A stretch of 63,724 bases of DNA, counting the filler, from Desulfonatronovibrionaceae bacterium (GTDB lineage: Bacteria > Desulfobacterota > Desulfovibrionia > Desulfovibrionales > Desulfonatronovibrionaceae): NCBI GenBank assembly GCA_046539845.1. It is 4 parts of 4 records of this genome, joined end to end, with 100 filler letters (N's around TTAATTAATTAA, not from the genome) between each part and the next. Parts side by side here need not be neighbours in the genome. Positions count along the whole stretch, not along the records: positions 1 to 17,016 come from JBKHGE010000042.1; 3 more parts are not named here. One strand, written 5' to 3'. Under the pieces are notes generated by a model. That model did no database searches and was not told the DNA's origin. It saw nothing but the letters and a program-made list of their open reading frames with translations. Numbering within the stretch: position 1 is the stretch's first letter; each line of letters begins with the position of its first letter. Position numbers and translations under genes: made by a program. Below are positions 1-10,142 of this stretch, one piece after another.

Positions 1-172
1 TGTTGCCCAAATGTGGAGGGTTTTTTATGCACTAAAATCGATTAATCTAGGTTTTACATAATGCGTATTTGAATTTATGTACAGTTGAAAACATTTTTTT
101 ATAACTTTTCGAACCTAATAGCTATTTAGGACACAAAAGATTAACCTTACATGTCTGTTTGCTGAAAAGGAT

Positions 173-2491
173 TTGATTTTGAAAGACAGCGTAATCGAAC
201 TGATAGGTAAAACTCCCCTGGTGCATATTTGCCGGCTTAATCCGTATGCAAACGTATCCATACAGGCCAAGCTGGAAATGAATAATCCCGGTGGTTCCAT
301 CAAGGATCGGGTGGCCCTGAGCATGGTCGAGGCGGCAGAGAGATCCGGGGAGCTCACCCCGGACAAGACCGTGGTGGAGGCCACCTCCGGCAACACCGGC
401 ATTGGTCTGGCCATGGTCTGTGCGGTCAAGGGGTACAAGCTGAAGCTGCTTATGCCTTCCTCGGCTTCCGAGGAGAGAAAGCGTATAATGCGGGCCTATG
501 GCGCCGAGATTGAGCTCACTCCGGGTCATCTGGGCACGGATGGGGCCATAGAGGAGGCCTACCGCCTGGCTCGGGAGGAAGCGGATAAATATGTGCTTAT
601 GGACCAGTTCAACAATCCGGCCAGCATTTATGCCCATTACAAGGGCACAGGTCGGGAGATATGGGAGCAGACCTCGGGAAAGGTTACCCATGTGGTGGTC
701 TGCCTGGGGACCACGGGCACGATAATGGGCATAAACAAGAGGCTCAAGGAGTACGATCCTGGCATCACAGTCGTCGGAGTGGAGCCCTATGCCGGACACA
801 AAATTCAGGGCCTGAAGAATATGCACGAGTCCTATCCCCCGGGAATTTACGACAAAAAACAGCTGGATCGGGTAATTCACGTCCAGGACGATGACGCATT
901 TGAGGCCTGCCGCAAACTGGCCCGGGAGGAAGGGCTTTTCGTGGGCATGAGTTCTGGGGCCGCTCTTGCGGGAACGCTTAAGCTGGCCGCGGAGATAAAA
1001 GAGGGGGTTATCGTGACCGTCTTTCCGGATGGCGGGGATCGATATCTGAGCACTTCGCTCTTTGTCGAGCCCAGCCGTCAGGGGGCGGCCCTCTGGGATA
1101 TCGCCTCCAGAAAAAAGGTATATCTGGAGTCTGAATCCGGGGGTGCCGGGCTCTTCAGTTTTGGACCCAGTCTGGACAATATTGGCTGCCCCGAGGTTTG
1201 GCGCCGGGTTGTGCTTGTGGATGTGCTTAAGAGATATCTGGACAAAAAGGGGCTGAAACCAGCGGCGGTAGTGGGAGTGGCCGATTTTGACGACCGCACT
1301 CTTGAGGCCGGCCGTAGCCGGGGCCTATCCCGGTCTGAGTTCAGCCGGAAAAGCCTGGAGGACATTTATACCGCTGCAGCCGGCCTGGGTGTTCATCCGG
1401 ATGTCTATTTTGTCTCCGCAGCACAATGCACGGATACGGCGGTGGATCTGTGTGATCGCCTTTTGTCCCGGGGATTGGCCTATGAGCGACTGCGTTCGGT
1501 GTACTATGATGTGCGCAGAGACGGTGAATATGGTCGGCTGGCCCGTATGGATCCGGAAAAGATCCTTTCCGGAAAGACCGTGGACCTGGAGAGCTACGAC
1601 AAGGGCAACCCCCGGGATTTCACCCTTCTCAAGCGGGCCACCCTGCAGGACTTAAAGGAGGGCAGCGTGGTCAAAACCAAATGGGGTAATGTCCGGCCCA
1701 CTTGGTATCTGCAGCAGGCGGCTGCAGCTGTGGACCATCTGGATCAGACCCTTCTCGTCCTGGCCGGGCAGCTGCATATGTTTCCCCATCTGGACAACCT
1801 GCGCAGTATCTGGAGTTCGGCCTTGCGCAGGCAGGTCCAGGCCTGGGCGGTGTCCTATCCGGTAATCGACGCCGAGGGCGGGGAGGAGAAGCGAGATGTG
1901 CGCGCCTTGGCCGAAGAATGTGGCGGTTTCCGCGTTCTGCGGATGTGGCTTTTGTCTATTTCCTATCACAAGCCTTTGGTGTCCGGAGAGAAGAATCTCT
2001 ATATGTGGCAGCGCAATTGGAGGCGGGTCCAGGACATGCTGGTCAAGCTGAACGCGGTGCCCCCGGAAAAGGAAAACGGACTCAGACCGGAAGTGGATCA
2101 GGCGGTATTTGATTTGGGTGCAGAGCTGAAAAAATGTCTGGAAGACGATCTGGGGCTGCACAACTTCTGGCCTGTTCTTTTCCGATTGGCCAGAACGGTG
2201 CACAAGCTTGCGGATCAGGGCGGGATAACCGCCGAGGAACAAAAGGTGGTAAGCGGTGCGCTCAAAGAAATGGACGATATCTTGCGTATTCTGGACTGGG
2301 AAAGTGTTCCTTTGGTCTTTTCCGGTCTGCCGGAAGAAGTGCAGGAAATGATACGGCAAAGGGATAAGTCCAGACGGAATAAAGATTTTTCCCGGGCGGA
2401 TCAGATTCGGGAAGAACTTTTGCAATTCGGGTACAGTCTGCTGGATTCCCCACAGGGCGTGCAGGTGTTTCGGATACGCCGAAGCGGCTGA
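173..2491 (+). CDS. Cysteine synthase (PLP, CysK/CysM family) fused to a degenerate cysteinyl-tRNA-synthetase-like region
   Basis: N-terminal ~300 aa has NPGGSIKDR, EATSGNTG, GTTGT and FPDGGDRYLS. The C-terminal part resembles CysRS (NPRDFTL, WGNVRPTW, FPHLDN, KDFSRADQIREEL) but lacks HIGH and KMSKS. TTG start. Confidence 0.85.
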   Translation: MILKDSVIELIGKTPLVHICRLNPYANVSIQAKLEMNNPGGSIKDRVALSMVEAAERSGELTPDKTVVEATSGNTGIGLAMVCAVKGYKLKLLMPSSASEERKRIMRAYGAEIELTPGHLGTDGAIEEAYRLAREEADKYVLMDQFNNPASIYAHYKGTGREIWEQTSGKVTHVVVCLGTTGTIMGINKRLKEYDPGITVVGVEPYAGHKIQGLKNMHESYPPGIYDKKQLDRVIHVQDDDAFEACRKLAREEGLFVGMSSGAALAGTLKLAAEIKEGVIVTVFPDGGDRYLSTSLFVEPSRQGAALWDIASRKKVYLESESGGAGLFSFGPSLDNIGCPEVWRRVVLVDVLKRYLDKKGLKPAAVVGVADFDDRTLEAGRSRGLSRSEFSRKSLEDIYTAAAGLGVHPDVYFVSAAQCTDTAVDLCDRLLSRGLAYERLRSVYYDVRRDGEYGRLARMDPEKILSGKTVDLESYDKGNPRDFTLLKRATLQDLKEGSVVKTKWGNVRPTWYLQQAAAAVDHLDQTLLVLAGQLHMFPHLDNLRSIWSSALRRQVQAWAVSYPVIDAEGGEEKRDVRALAEECGGFRVLRMWLLSISYHKPLVSGEKNLYMWQRNWRRVQDMLVKLNAVPPEKENGLRPEVDQAVFDLGAELKKCLEDDLGLHNFWPVLFRLARTVHKLADQGGITAEEQKVVSGALKEMDDILRILDWESVPLVFSGLPEEVQEMIRQRDKSRRNKDFSRADQIREELLQFGYSLLDSPQGVQVFRIRRSG

Positions 2492-2637
2492 TCTTACCGC
2501 CCGGATGGAATGCTTGTGTGCTTGGCGCTTGAGCTTTGTATCCGGAAAGAATAAATTTAAGGTGTTAAAATTAGACGGGCATAGAACGCGGTCCCGGATC
2601 GGCAAGAATTCTCTGTCCATCGTTTAGGAGGTTTGCC

Positions 2638-3306
2638 ATGGCTGAAAAATACTGGATCATACTCGGCGATATCCATATGGATACCGCTTTTGCGGACAGC
2701 GTGCCGGATCTGCCTGGAGCAGCCGGTGTGATTGTCTCCGGGGATTTGACCAATAACGGCAACCGGGAGGATGCGGCCCGGATAGTGGAGCGCATCCGGG
2801 CGGTTAATGCGCACGTTTTGGCCCAAGTGGGCAATATGGACACCCCGGAGGTGAACAAATGGTTGGAGGATAACGGATTAAATATACACAACCGGCTGCT
2901 CTCCCTGGATGAGGGTCTGGATCTGTTTGCCGTGGGTTATTCCACGCCCACTCCCTTCGGTACTCCCCTGGAAGTTGAGGAGGAGGTCCTGGCCTCCTGG
3001 CTCAGGCAGGCTCAGGACAAATGCCGCCGGGCGGATAGGCTGATTTTTGTCTCCCACACCCCACCTGTGAATACGCGTACCGACGCTCTGGGCAATGGGT
3101 CTCACGTAGGCAGTCAGGCTGTCCGGGAGTTTATCGAGGTGGTGCAACCGGAGGCATGTGTGACCGGGCATATCCACGAGGCGGTGGCCGAGGACTGGGT
3201 TGGAAATTGCCCGGTAATAAACCCCGGGATGGCCGGCAGCGGGGGGTATGTCCGGGTGGATTTGACCGCAGAAGGCCTGAAGGCGTCACTTAAGGGTGTG
3301 GGCTAG
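2638..3306 (+). CDS. Metallophosphoesterase (calcineurin-like)
   Basis: GDIH, GDLT, GNMD, HTPP and GHIHE motifs; AGGAGG RBS. Confidence 0.9.
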   Translation: MAEKYWIILGDIHMDTAFADSVPDLPGAAGVIVSGDLTNNGNREDAARIVERIRAVNAHVLAQVGNMDTPEVNKWLEDNGLNIHNRLLSLDEGLDLFAVGYSTPTPFGTPLEVEEEVLASWLRQAQDKCRRADRLIFVSHTPPVNTRTDALGNGSHVGSQAVREFIEVVQPEACVTGHIHEAVAEDWVGNCPVINPGMAGSGGYVRVDLTAEGLKASLKGVG

Positions 3307-3308
3307 GC

Positions 3309-4073
3309 ATGCGTCTTTATTCTTGGAATGTGAATGGATTTCGGGCCGTGCTCAAAAAGGGTTTCTGGGAGTGGTTTTCTTCGGTTTCGGCTGATGTGGT
3401 CGCCCTGCAGGAAATAAAAATGGAGCCGGATCAGCTTAAGGCGGAAGACAGGGAGCCGTTCGGGTATCATTCCTTCTGGAATCCCTCCAGAAAGAAAAAG
3501 GGCTATTCCGGAGTGGCCTGTTTTTATCGCCATGAGCCGGTGCATGTGGACAGTGGGCTGCCCGAGGACGAGTATAACGGCGAGGGCCGCCTGATACGGA
3601 TTGAATTCGAGGAGTTTTATTTTTTTAATGTCTACTTCCCCAACGGACAGATGAGTCAGGAAAGACTGGATTTCAAGATGGGCTTTTACGATGCCTTTTT
3701 GGACTATGCCCAGGCCCTGCGGCAAGAAAAGCCCATTGTGGTCTGCGGGGACTTTAATACCGCGCACAAGGAGATTGACCTGAAAAATCCCCGGGCCAAT
3801 TCCGATCGTTCCGGTTTTCTGCCCCAGGAGCGGGAGTGGCTGGATAAGTTCATCTCCGCCGGATACATAGACACTTTCCGTATGTTCAACTCCGAGCCCG
3901 GGCAGTATACTTGGTGGACCTACAGGTTCGGAGCCCGGGCCAGGAACGCGGGGTGGCGCATAGATTATTTCTTTGTCTCCGAAGAGTTGCGGCCCCGGGT
4001 CAAAAGCGCCTGGATTGAGCAGGAGGTGATGGGCTCGGACCACTGTCCTGTCGGTCTGGAGCTGGACATATGA
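3309..4073 (+). CDS. xth: Exodeoxyribonuclease III
   Basis: SWNVNG, LQEIK, GDFNTAH, GWRIDY and GSDHCP motifs. Confidence 0.95.
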   Translation: MRLYSWNVNGFRAVLKKGFWEWFSSVSADVVALQEIKMEPDQLKAEDREPFGYHSFWNPSRKKKGYSGVACFYRHEPVHVDSGLPEDEYNGEGRLIRIEFEEFYFFNVYFPNGQMSQERLDFKMGFYDAFLDYAQALRQEKPIVVCGDFNTAHKEIDLKNPRANSDRSGFLPQEREWLDKFISAGYIDTFRMFNSEPGQYTWWTYRFGARARNAGWRIDYFFVSEELRPRVKSAWIEQEVMGSDHCPVGLELDI

Positions 4074-4415
4074 CTGTCTGCCCTCCCGGAGGTCGATCCG
4101 GTTGTCTTTTGCGACAAACAGGGCTATAGGCCGTTTTTTGGGCGGCCAGGGAACAAATTTTGTTACCTGGGTGTTATTCAGGAAAAAAATTTTGGGAAGA
4201 TGGTTCATCCGTTTGAGGTGTGCTTTTGGGCAGGGAGAAGGGGTACCTCACCCCTTGCGCACTTATTTTTTGGGAAGATGCGCCGGAAAAAGCTGGCCTG
4301 AAGCAGGGCCGACGCTACCGGGCAAGACATGAAAAAGAGATTTAGAGTCCCTATCAAATGTTGAAAACTCAATCTTGGGAAAATATCAGGGATCGATTTG
4401 CCGGGGGGTGGCAAA

Positions 4416-5054
4416 GTGGATTACGCAGCCGGATTTAGGCCGGGGGGTTCCGGCCGGGCGGCCGGACTGGACTGGATGCAGATGCTCTCCGGTATTGCCC
4501 TTTCTCTTTTTATTGTTTTGCACTCCTTTTTCACCGCCAGTGTGATCATCGGGGAAGAAGCTTTCAATGCTTTGGCTAAAATGTTCGAGTTTTCTTATCT
4601 CGCCCAGATCGGCGGCCCGGCTGTGGCGGCCTTGTTTTTGGCCCATTTTGTTCTGGCTGCCCGCAAGATACCGTTTGCCGGCCGCGAACAGGGTATCGTC
4701 ACCAGGCACGCCCGCATGCTCGGTCATTCTGACACCTGGCTGTGGATCATTCAGGCCTTGAGCGGGATGATCATCCTTTTTATGGGCGCAATCCACATGT
4801 GGGTACTTTTAAATGACTTGCCCATTACCGCGGTCAAGTCCGCGGAGCTTTTGCATCAGGGCCTCTGGGTTTGGTTCTATGTTCTTTTCATTCCTGCAGT
4901 CTTTGTCCATCTGGGCGCAGGCGTGTATCGTGCCGGTGTGAAATGGGGATTGGTTTTACGTTCCAACCGTCGGGTGGTAAAAAAGGGTTTGTTTATTTTT
5001 ATCGTTTTGTTCATATTGCTTGATTTAGTGTCTCTTACCTTTTTTTATTTCTGA
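4416..5054 (+). CDS. frdC: Fumarate reductase/succinate dehydrogenase cytochrome b subunit
   Basis: About five hydrophobic segments with His heme ligands; directly upstream of the flavoprotein. Start uncertain (GTG 4416 or TTG 4398). Confidence 0.85.
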   Translation: MDYAAGFRPGGSGRAAGLDWMQMLSGIALSLFIVLHSFFTASVIIGEEAFNALAKMFEFSYLAQIGGPAVAALFLAHFVLAARKIPFAGREQGIVTRHARMLGHSDTWLWIIQALSGMIILFMGAIHMWVLLNDLPITAVKSAELLHQGLWVWFYVLFIPAVFVHLGAGVYRAGVKWGLVLRSNRRVVKKGLFIFIVLFILLDLVSLTFFYF

Positions 5055-5089
5055 TCTTCCTTTTTAAGGGTGGCCAATTTATTCAGCTT

Positions 5090-6922
5090 ATGATTGAGAC
5101 TATTTATACGGATTTTCTCTGTGTTGGAGCGGGGCTGGCCGGAGAGAGGGCGGCCATAGAAGCCGCCGAGGCCGGATTCAAAGTGATCGCTTTGAGCCTT
5201 GTTCCGGCCCGGCGCTCACATTCTTCGGCCGCCCAGGGCGGCATGCAGGCCGCTTTGGGCAATTGCATCAAGGGCCGCGGGGACTGCCCGGACATCCATT
5301 TCCAGGACACGGTCAAGGGATCGGACTGGGGATGTGATCAAGAGGTGGCCAGGCTCTTTGTGGAGAACGCGCCGCGGGCCATTCGGCAGACTGCCTTTTG
5401 GGGCGTGCCCTGGAACCGGGTCGTTCCAGGGAAGTCTTTTTTTTATCAGGGTGGGGAGAGAAAAGAAAAAGAAGAGTCTGAGGAGAGTAGGGGGCTTATT
5501 GCCGCGCGCAATTTCGGGGGTACGGCCAAGTGGCGGGCCTGCTACTGCAGCGACGGAACCGGGCATGCGGTTTTGTACACCCTGGACAATAAGGCGTTGC
5601 AGGTCGGGGTGGAGGTCCACGACCGTGTGGAGGCTTTGTCTCTGATCCAGGACAATGAGAATTGCTTGGGAGTAGTGGCCCGGGACATGAGAAACGGTGG
5701 GCTGCGCGTCTATCTGGCCCGGGCCACGCTCATCGCCTCCGGCGGGTTCGGCCGTATCTACCGGGCATCCACCAATGCGGTGATAAACGAGGGCACGCCC
5801 CAGGCGGCAGTACTAGATACCGGCCTGGTCCCCCTGGGCAATATGGAGGCGGTTCAGTTCCATCCCACCGGCCTGGTGCCCACGGACATACTTATTACCG
5901 AGGGCTGTCGCGGGGACGGCGGGACCCTTCTGGATGTAAACGAGCATCGGTTCATGCCTGAGTATGAGCCGCAAAAGGCGGAGCTTGCCTCCAGGGACGT
6001 GGTCGCCCGGCGTATGACCGAGCATATCCGCAAGGGTCTGGGGGTGAAGAGCCCCTATGGGGATCATTTGTGGCTGGATATCCGCCATCTGGGCGAAGGG
6101 CATCTACGGACCAAGCTGCGGGAAGTCCACGATATATGTCTTGATTTCCTGGGTCGGGATCCGGCCCGGGATCTTATCCCGGTCCGACCCACCCAGCACT
6201 ACAGCATGGGCGGAATCAAAACGGACAAAAAAGGTCGGGCCTACGGTCTGTCCGGGCTTTTTGCAGCCGGCGAGGCCGCCTGCTGGGATCTGCACGGGTT
6301 CAATCGCCTGGGCGGTAACTCCCTGGCCGAGACTGTGGTTGCAGGCATGCTCGTCGGAGAAGAGGCGGTAAGATTCCTCAAGGGTCGGGAAGTGAGCTTC
6401 AGCACCCGGACGGTGGATGAGTGTGTCCAGGTTCAGGAGGAAAGACTGCAGGGAGTGATTTCCGGAAGAGGCCTGGAGAACGTGTATCAGCTGCGCAACG
6501 AGATGCAATCCGTACTCATGGATCGGGTGGGCATTTTCCGCAATGATGAGGATCTGCGCATCGCAGTGGAAAAACTCCAGGATATTCATGCCCGCTCCCG
6601 GGGAATCGGCCTGCGTTCCTCGGGAAAAGGGGCTAGTCCGGAGCTGTCTTTGGCTCTGCGCCTACCCGGAATGGTTCGGCTGGCCCTTTGTGTGGCCAGC
6701 GGAGCGTTGGCCCGAACCGAGAGTCGGGGGTCGCATGCCCGGGAGGATCATCCGGCCAGGAATGATCGGGACTGGCTGGTACGCACCCTAGCCTTTTGGC
6801 CGCAGGGGGCGGAAAAGCCGGTTCTTGAATACGAGCCGAATACGGCGGTGGTGGAAATGCCCCCGGGAGATCGAGGTTACGGCGGGGCCGAGGTCATAAG
6901 CGCGGACCGAAACGGGAGCTGA
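5090..6922 (+). CDS. frdA: Fumarate reductase flavoprotein subunit
   Basis: GAGLAG, RSHSSAAQGG (FAD-binding His), QFHPT, HYSMGG, HGFNRLGGNSL and RTESRGSH. Confidence 0.95.
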   Translation: MIETIYTDFLCVGAGLAGERAAIEAAEAGFKVIALSLVPARRSHSSAAQGGMQAALGNCIKGRGDCPDIHFQDTVKGSDWGCDQEVARLFVENAPRAIRQTAFWGVPWNRVVPGKSFFYQGGERKEKEESEESRGLIAARNFGGTAKWRACYCSDGTGHAVLYTLDNKALQVGVEVHDRVEALSLIQDNENCLGVVARDMRNGGLRVYLARATLIASGGFGRIYRASTNAVINEGTPQAAVLDTGLVPLGNMEAVQFHPTGLVPTDILITEGCRGDGGTLLDVNEHRFMPEYEPQKAELASRDVVARRMTEHIRKGLGVKSPYGDHLWLDIRHLGEGHLRTKLREVHDICLDFLGRDPARDLIPVRPTQHYSMGGIKTDKKGRAYGLSGLFAAGEAACWDLHGFNRLGGNSLAETVVAGMLVGEEAVRFLKGREVSFSTRTVDECVQVQEERLQGVISGRGLENVYQLRNEMQSVLMDRVGIFRNDEDLRIAVEKLQDIHARSRGIGLRSSGKGASPELSLALRLPGMVRLALCVASGALARTESRGSHAREDHPARNDRDWLVRTLAFWPQGAEKPVLEYEPNTAVVEMPPGDRGYGGAEVISADRNGS

Positions 6923-6924
6923 CA

Positions 6925-7701
6925 ATGGTCAGGATGCTCAATTTAAGGATATTCAGGCACAATCCGGCGGATCCCCATTCCGTGCCCGGGATACAGTCCT
7001 TTTTTCTGGATGAAACCAGGAACATGACCTTGTTTATCGCCCTGAACAGGTTGCGCGAGGAGCAGGATCCGTCCCTTAATTTCGACTTCTGCTGCCGGGC
7101 CGGGATCTGCGGTTCCTGTGCCATGATAATAAACGGCCGTCCGGAGCTGGCCTGCCATACCAAGACCGCTGATCTGCCGGAGCAGGTTACTTTATTGCCC
7201 CTGCCCGGTTTCAGATTGATAGGCGATCTGTCCGTGGATACCGGCGCTTGGTTCCGGAGTATGAATGAACGCGTCCGCTCCTGGGTGCACACGAATAAAA
7301 AATTCGATCCCCAGGCCCGGGAAGAGCGCATGGACAATGGGCTGGCGGAGGAGATCTACGAGCTGGATCGGTGTATTGAATGCGGCTGCTGCATTGCCGC
7401 CTGCGCCACGGCCCGGATGCGCGATGATTTTTTGGGTGCGGCCGGACTGAACCGTATAGCCAGGTTTATGCTTGATCCCCGGGATGGTCGTTCGCAAGGG
7501 GATTACTTTGATGTCATCGGAACCGACCAGGGCATTTTTGGGTGCATGGGGCTTTTGGCCTGCGAAGATGTCTGTCCCAAGGGTATACCTCTACAGGATC
7601 AGCTGGGGTATGTGCGCCGAAAAATGGGGATTTATGCCCTGAAGCGCCTGCTGCCGGCCCGGAATCAGAAAAAGACCGCTGATAAGAAGCAAAATGCGTG
7701 A
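6925..7701 (+). CDS. frdB: Fumarate reductase iron-sulfur subunit
   Basis: CRAGICGSC, CIECGCCIAAC and CMGLLACEDVCP clusters. Confidence 0.95.
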   Translation: MVRMLNLRIFRHNPADPHSVPGIQSFFLDETRNMTLFIALNRLREEQDPSLNFDFCCRAGICGSCAMIINGRPELACHTKTADLPEQVTLLPLPGFRLIGDLSVDTGAWFRSMNERVRSWVHTNKKFDPQAREERMDNGLAEEIYELDRCIECGCCIAACATARMRDDFLGAAGLNRIARFMLDPRDGRSQGDYFDVIGTDQGIFGCMGLLACEDVCPKGIPLQDQLGYVRRKMGIYALKRLLPARNQKKTADKKQNA

Positions 7702-8530
7702 AATCCGCACGGAATCGATAATCGAGCCGGTGGCCGCAGCGATTGTGGACGCCAATCTGTATCTCCCCCGGGACGTAAAAGATGCCCTGGCCCGGGCTCG
7801 GGAGACGGAGACCGGTTCGTCCGGCCGGACTATTATGGATCAGCTTTTGGAGAATGCGGATACGGCCGCGAATACCGGACTCCCTTTGTGTCAGGACACC
7901 GGCCTGGCGGTTTTTTTCGTGTATATCGGGAAGGAATGTTGCCTGCGCGGAGATCTTACCGAGGCTCTGAACGAAGCAGTACGCCGGGGGTATTCCCGAG
8001 GCCGGCTGCGCAATTCGGTCTGCCATCCCTTGACCCGAGAGAATACCGGGGACAATACTCCGGCGGTGATCCATACCGAACTGGTCCCGGGCATGGACTT
8101 TAGAATCAGGTTCATGGCCAAGGGCGGAGGGAGCGAGAATATGTCTCGGGCGACAATGCTCACCCCGTCCGGCGGCTGGGAGGGGATAAAGGATTTTGTC
8201 CTTTCCCGGGTGGCTGAGGCCGGCCCCAATCCCTGTCCGCCGACCATTGTTGGGCTGGGGATAGGGGGGAGTTTTGACCGGGCGCCGATCCTGGCCAAGG
8301 AGGCGCTTTTTCGCCCCCTGGGGGAGGTACATCCGGACCCGGAACTGGCTGGTATGGAAGAGGAGCTATTGACCGCCGTAAACAGGCTGGGTATCGGCCC
8401 TATGGGCCTGGGCGGTGAGGTGACCTCCTTGGGGGTAAAGATCAATATGGCCCCCTGTCATATAGCCAGCCTGCCCCTGGCTGTGAACATTCAATGTCAT
8501 TCCGCCAGACGGGCCGAGGTGAGCTTATGA
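7694..8530 (+). CDS. Class I fumarate hydratase, alpha subunit
   Basis: PLCQDTG, KGGGSEN, PNPCPP, PCHIAS and QCHSAR. Confidence 0.93.
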   Translation: MREIRTESIIEPVAAAIVDANLYLPRDVKDALARARETETGSSGRTIMDQLLENADTAANTGLPLCQDTGLAVFFVYIGKECCLRGDLTEALNEAVRRGYSRGRLRNSVCHPLTRENTGDNTPAVIHTELVPGMDFRIRFMAKGGGSENMSRATMLTPSGGWEGIKDFVLSRVAEAGPNPCPPTIVGLGIGGSFDRAPILAKEALFRPLGEVHPDPELAGMEEELLTAVNRLGIGPMGLGGEVTSLGVKINMAPCHIASLPLAVNIQCHSARRAEVSL

Positions 8531-9072
8531 CCGGCAGTGGATACAGACTGCGCGCTCCGCTTAAAGACGAGGATACTGCCCGCCTCAGATCCGGGGATAA
8601 GGTCTTTTTGTCTGGGACCGTATACACGGCCCGGGATGCGGCGCACAAAAGGTTGATAAACGCATTGGACGGGGGGGAAAAGCTTCCTTTTCCCCTGCGG
8701 GGAGCTGTGATTTACTATGTGGGACCGACTCCTGCGCCGCCGGGCCGGCCCATAGGTTCGGCCGGACCAACCACCAGCTACCGCATGGATGCTTATGCAC
8801 CCCGGCTACACGAACTCGGAGTGAAAGCGACTATAGGCAAAGGTAAAAGGGGACCGGAGGTGAGAGAGAGCCTTAGGGAGAACGGCGCAGTTTATTTCGG
8901 GGCCACTGGCGGGGCCGGGGCGCTTTTGTCCTCCCGTATTTTGGCCTGCGAGGTGATCGCCTATCCAGACCTGGGGCCGGAGGCGGTCCGGGTCCTTGAG
9001 GTCAAGGATTTCCCGGTCTTGGTAATAAACGACTCCTTCGGCGGGGAACTTTACGCCGAGCCTAATCTCTAG
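8527..9072 (+). CDS. Class I fumarate hydratase, beta subunit
   Basis: TARDAAH, SAGPTTSYRM and IGKG; ATGA overlap with the alpha subunit. Confidence 0.93.
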   Translation: MTGSGYRLRAPLKDEDTARLRSGDKVFLSGTVYTARDAAHKRLINALDGGEKLPFPLRGAVIYYVGPTPAPPGRPIGSAGPTTSYRMDAYAPRLHELGVKATIGKGKRGPEVRESLRENGAVYFGATGGAGALLSSRILACEVIAYPDLGPEAVRVLEVKDFPVLVINDSFGGELYAEPNL

Positions 9073-9158
9073 CCTGATTCTGCTTGTCTTTAGGCAGCCT
9101 GCCTTAAAGGCATAAGATAAGGATCAGGGAAGATCCACAGTAAACGGCGGGGTTTAAG

Positions 9159-9653
9159 TTATCCTTCGTAGATTTTGGATCCGTTGTATTCCACGGATAC
9201 TATCTCGTATTCCACCTTGCCTATGGGCGCGTTCACCTCAACCTCGTCCCCTTCCTCCTTGCCCAGCAGGGCCCGGGCCAGCGGAGCCTGAATAGAGATG
9301 GTCCCTTTTTCTACATTTGATTCGTCCGGGCCCAGGAGAGTGTAGCGCTTGTTCTCCTCGGTTTCGACATTCACGATCTCCACGGTGGCTCCGAAAGCGA
9401 CCCTGCTCCCGCCCATCTTGTCCAGGTCGATGACCTGAAAATTAGGCATCCTGGATTCGATCTGGGTTATCTTGGCCTCCAGCAGGCCCTGCCTCTCCTT
9501 GGCCGCGTCATAGCCTGCGTTTTCCCGCAGATCGCCTTCCTCCCGGGCCTCTTTTATGGCCTGGGTGATTTCCGGCCTCTGTTTTTTGAGCTCCTCCAGC
9601 TCCTGTTTTAATTTGGCAAATCCCTGTTTGGATATGGGGATGGATGTACTCAT
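9159..9653 (-). CDS. greA: Transcription elongation factor GreA
   Basis: EAREEGDLRENAGY and ISIQAPLARALLGK. Confidence 0.95.
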   Translation of the reverse strand: MSTSIPISKQGFAKLKQELEELKKQRPEITQAIKEAREEGDLRENAGYDAAKERQGLLEAKITQIESRMPNFQVIDLDKMGGSRVAFGATVEIVNVETEENKRYTLLGPDESNVEKGTISIQAPLARALLGKEEGDEVEVNAPIGKVEYEIVSVEYNGSKIYEG

Positions 9654-10142
9654 GTGTTCCCTCTTTAAAAGATTATATTTATCCTCAATCCGGGCGGCCT
9701 ATATCTGCCAGATCCGAATCCAGCGGTGCCTGTCTGCCGGTGGAAACGGCCTTTGTTGTCCATCCAGATCGAACAGTTACGTGCACAAAGGAGCAGGGTA
9801 TATTCATCTTAAAGAAATTTTCAAGCCCTGTATTTTATTTTTTAAATCCGGCTGGTTAACTCTGGATGATGCTTTGTTTTTCCCCTTGTTTTTCGTGTCA
9901 CTTTTCTATGACTATTTATTCTCGAGTTTTACGAATTTTATGTTGATATTCAAAGGGAAAAAGGTTACCAGTAACACTAATTTGAGATTTTAGTCCTTAG
10001 CTGACAGCTGAAAGATATCAAAATATCACAGCCGGCTGTTCAAGTCCTAAGTGTATTTATATGTAGGTTAGAGTTGGGGCGTTTTCCGCTCTAGCCTCAG
10101 TGGGGGTCAAGGGCGAGTAGTCAGTCATAATAAGGAGTGGCT

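Noticed and set aside
9556..9993. 145-aa ORF divergent from and overlapping greA
   Set aside because: Overlaps greA, has no RBS, and spans an AT-rich promoter region.
9700..10140. Cobalamin riboswitch or Fur/NikR site upstream of the iron/B12-type ABC transporter
   Set aside because: No B12-box is visible. Only a short GTTAC-CA-GTAAC palindrome and a weak hairpin, too little to call.
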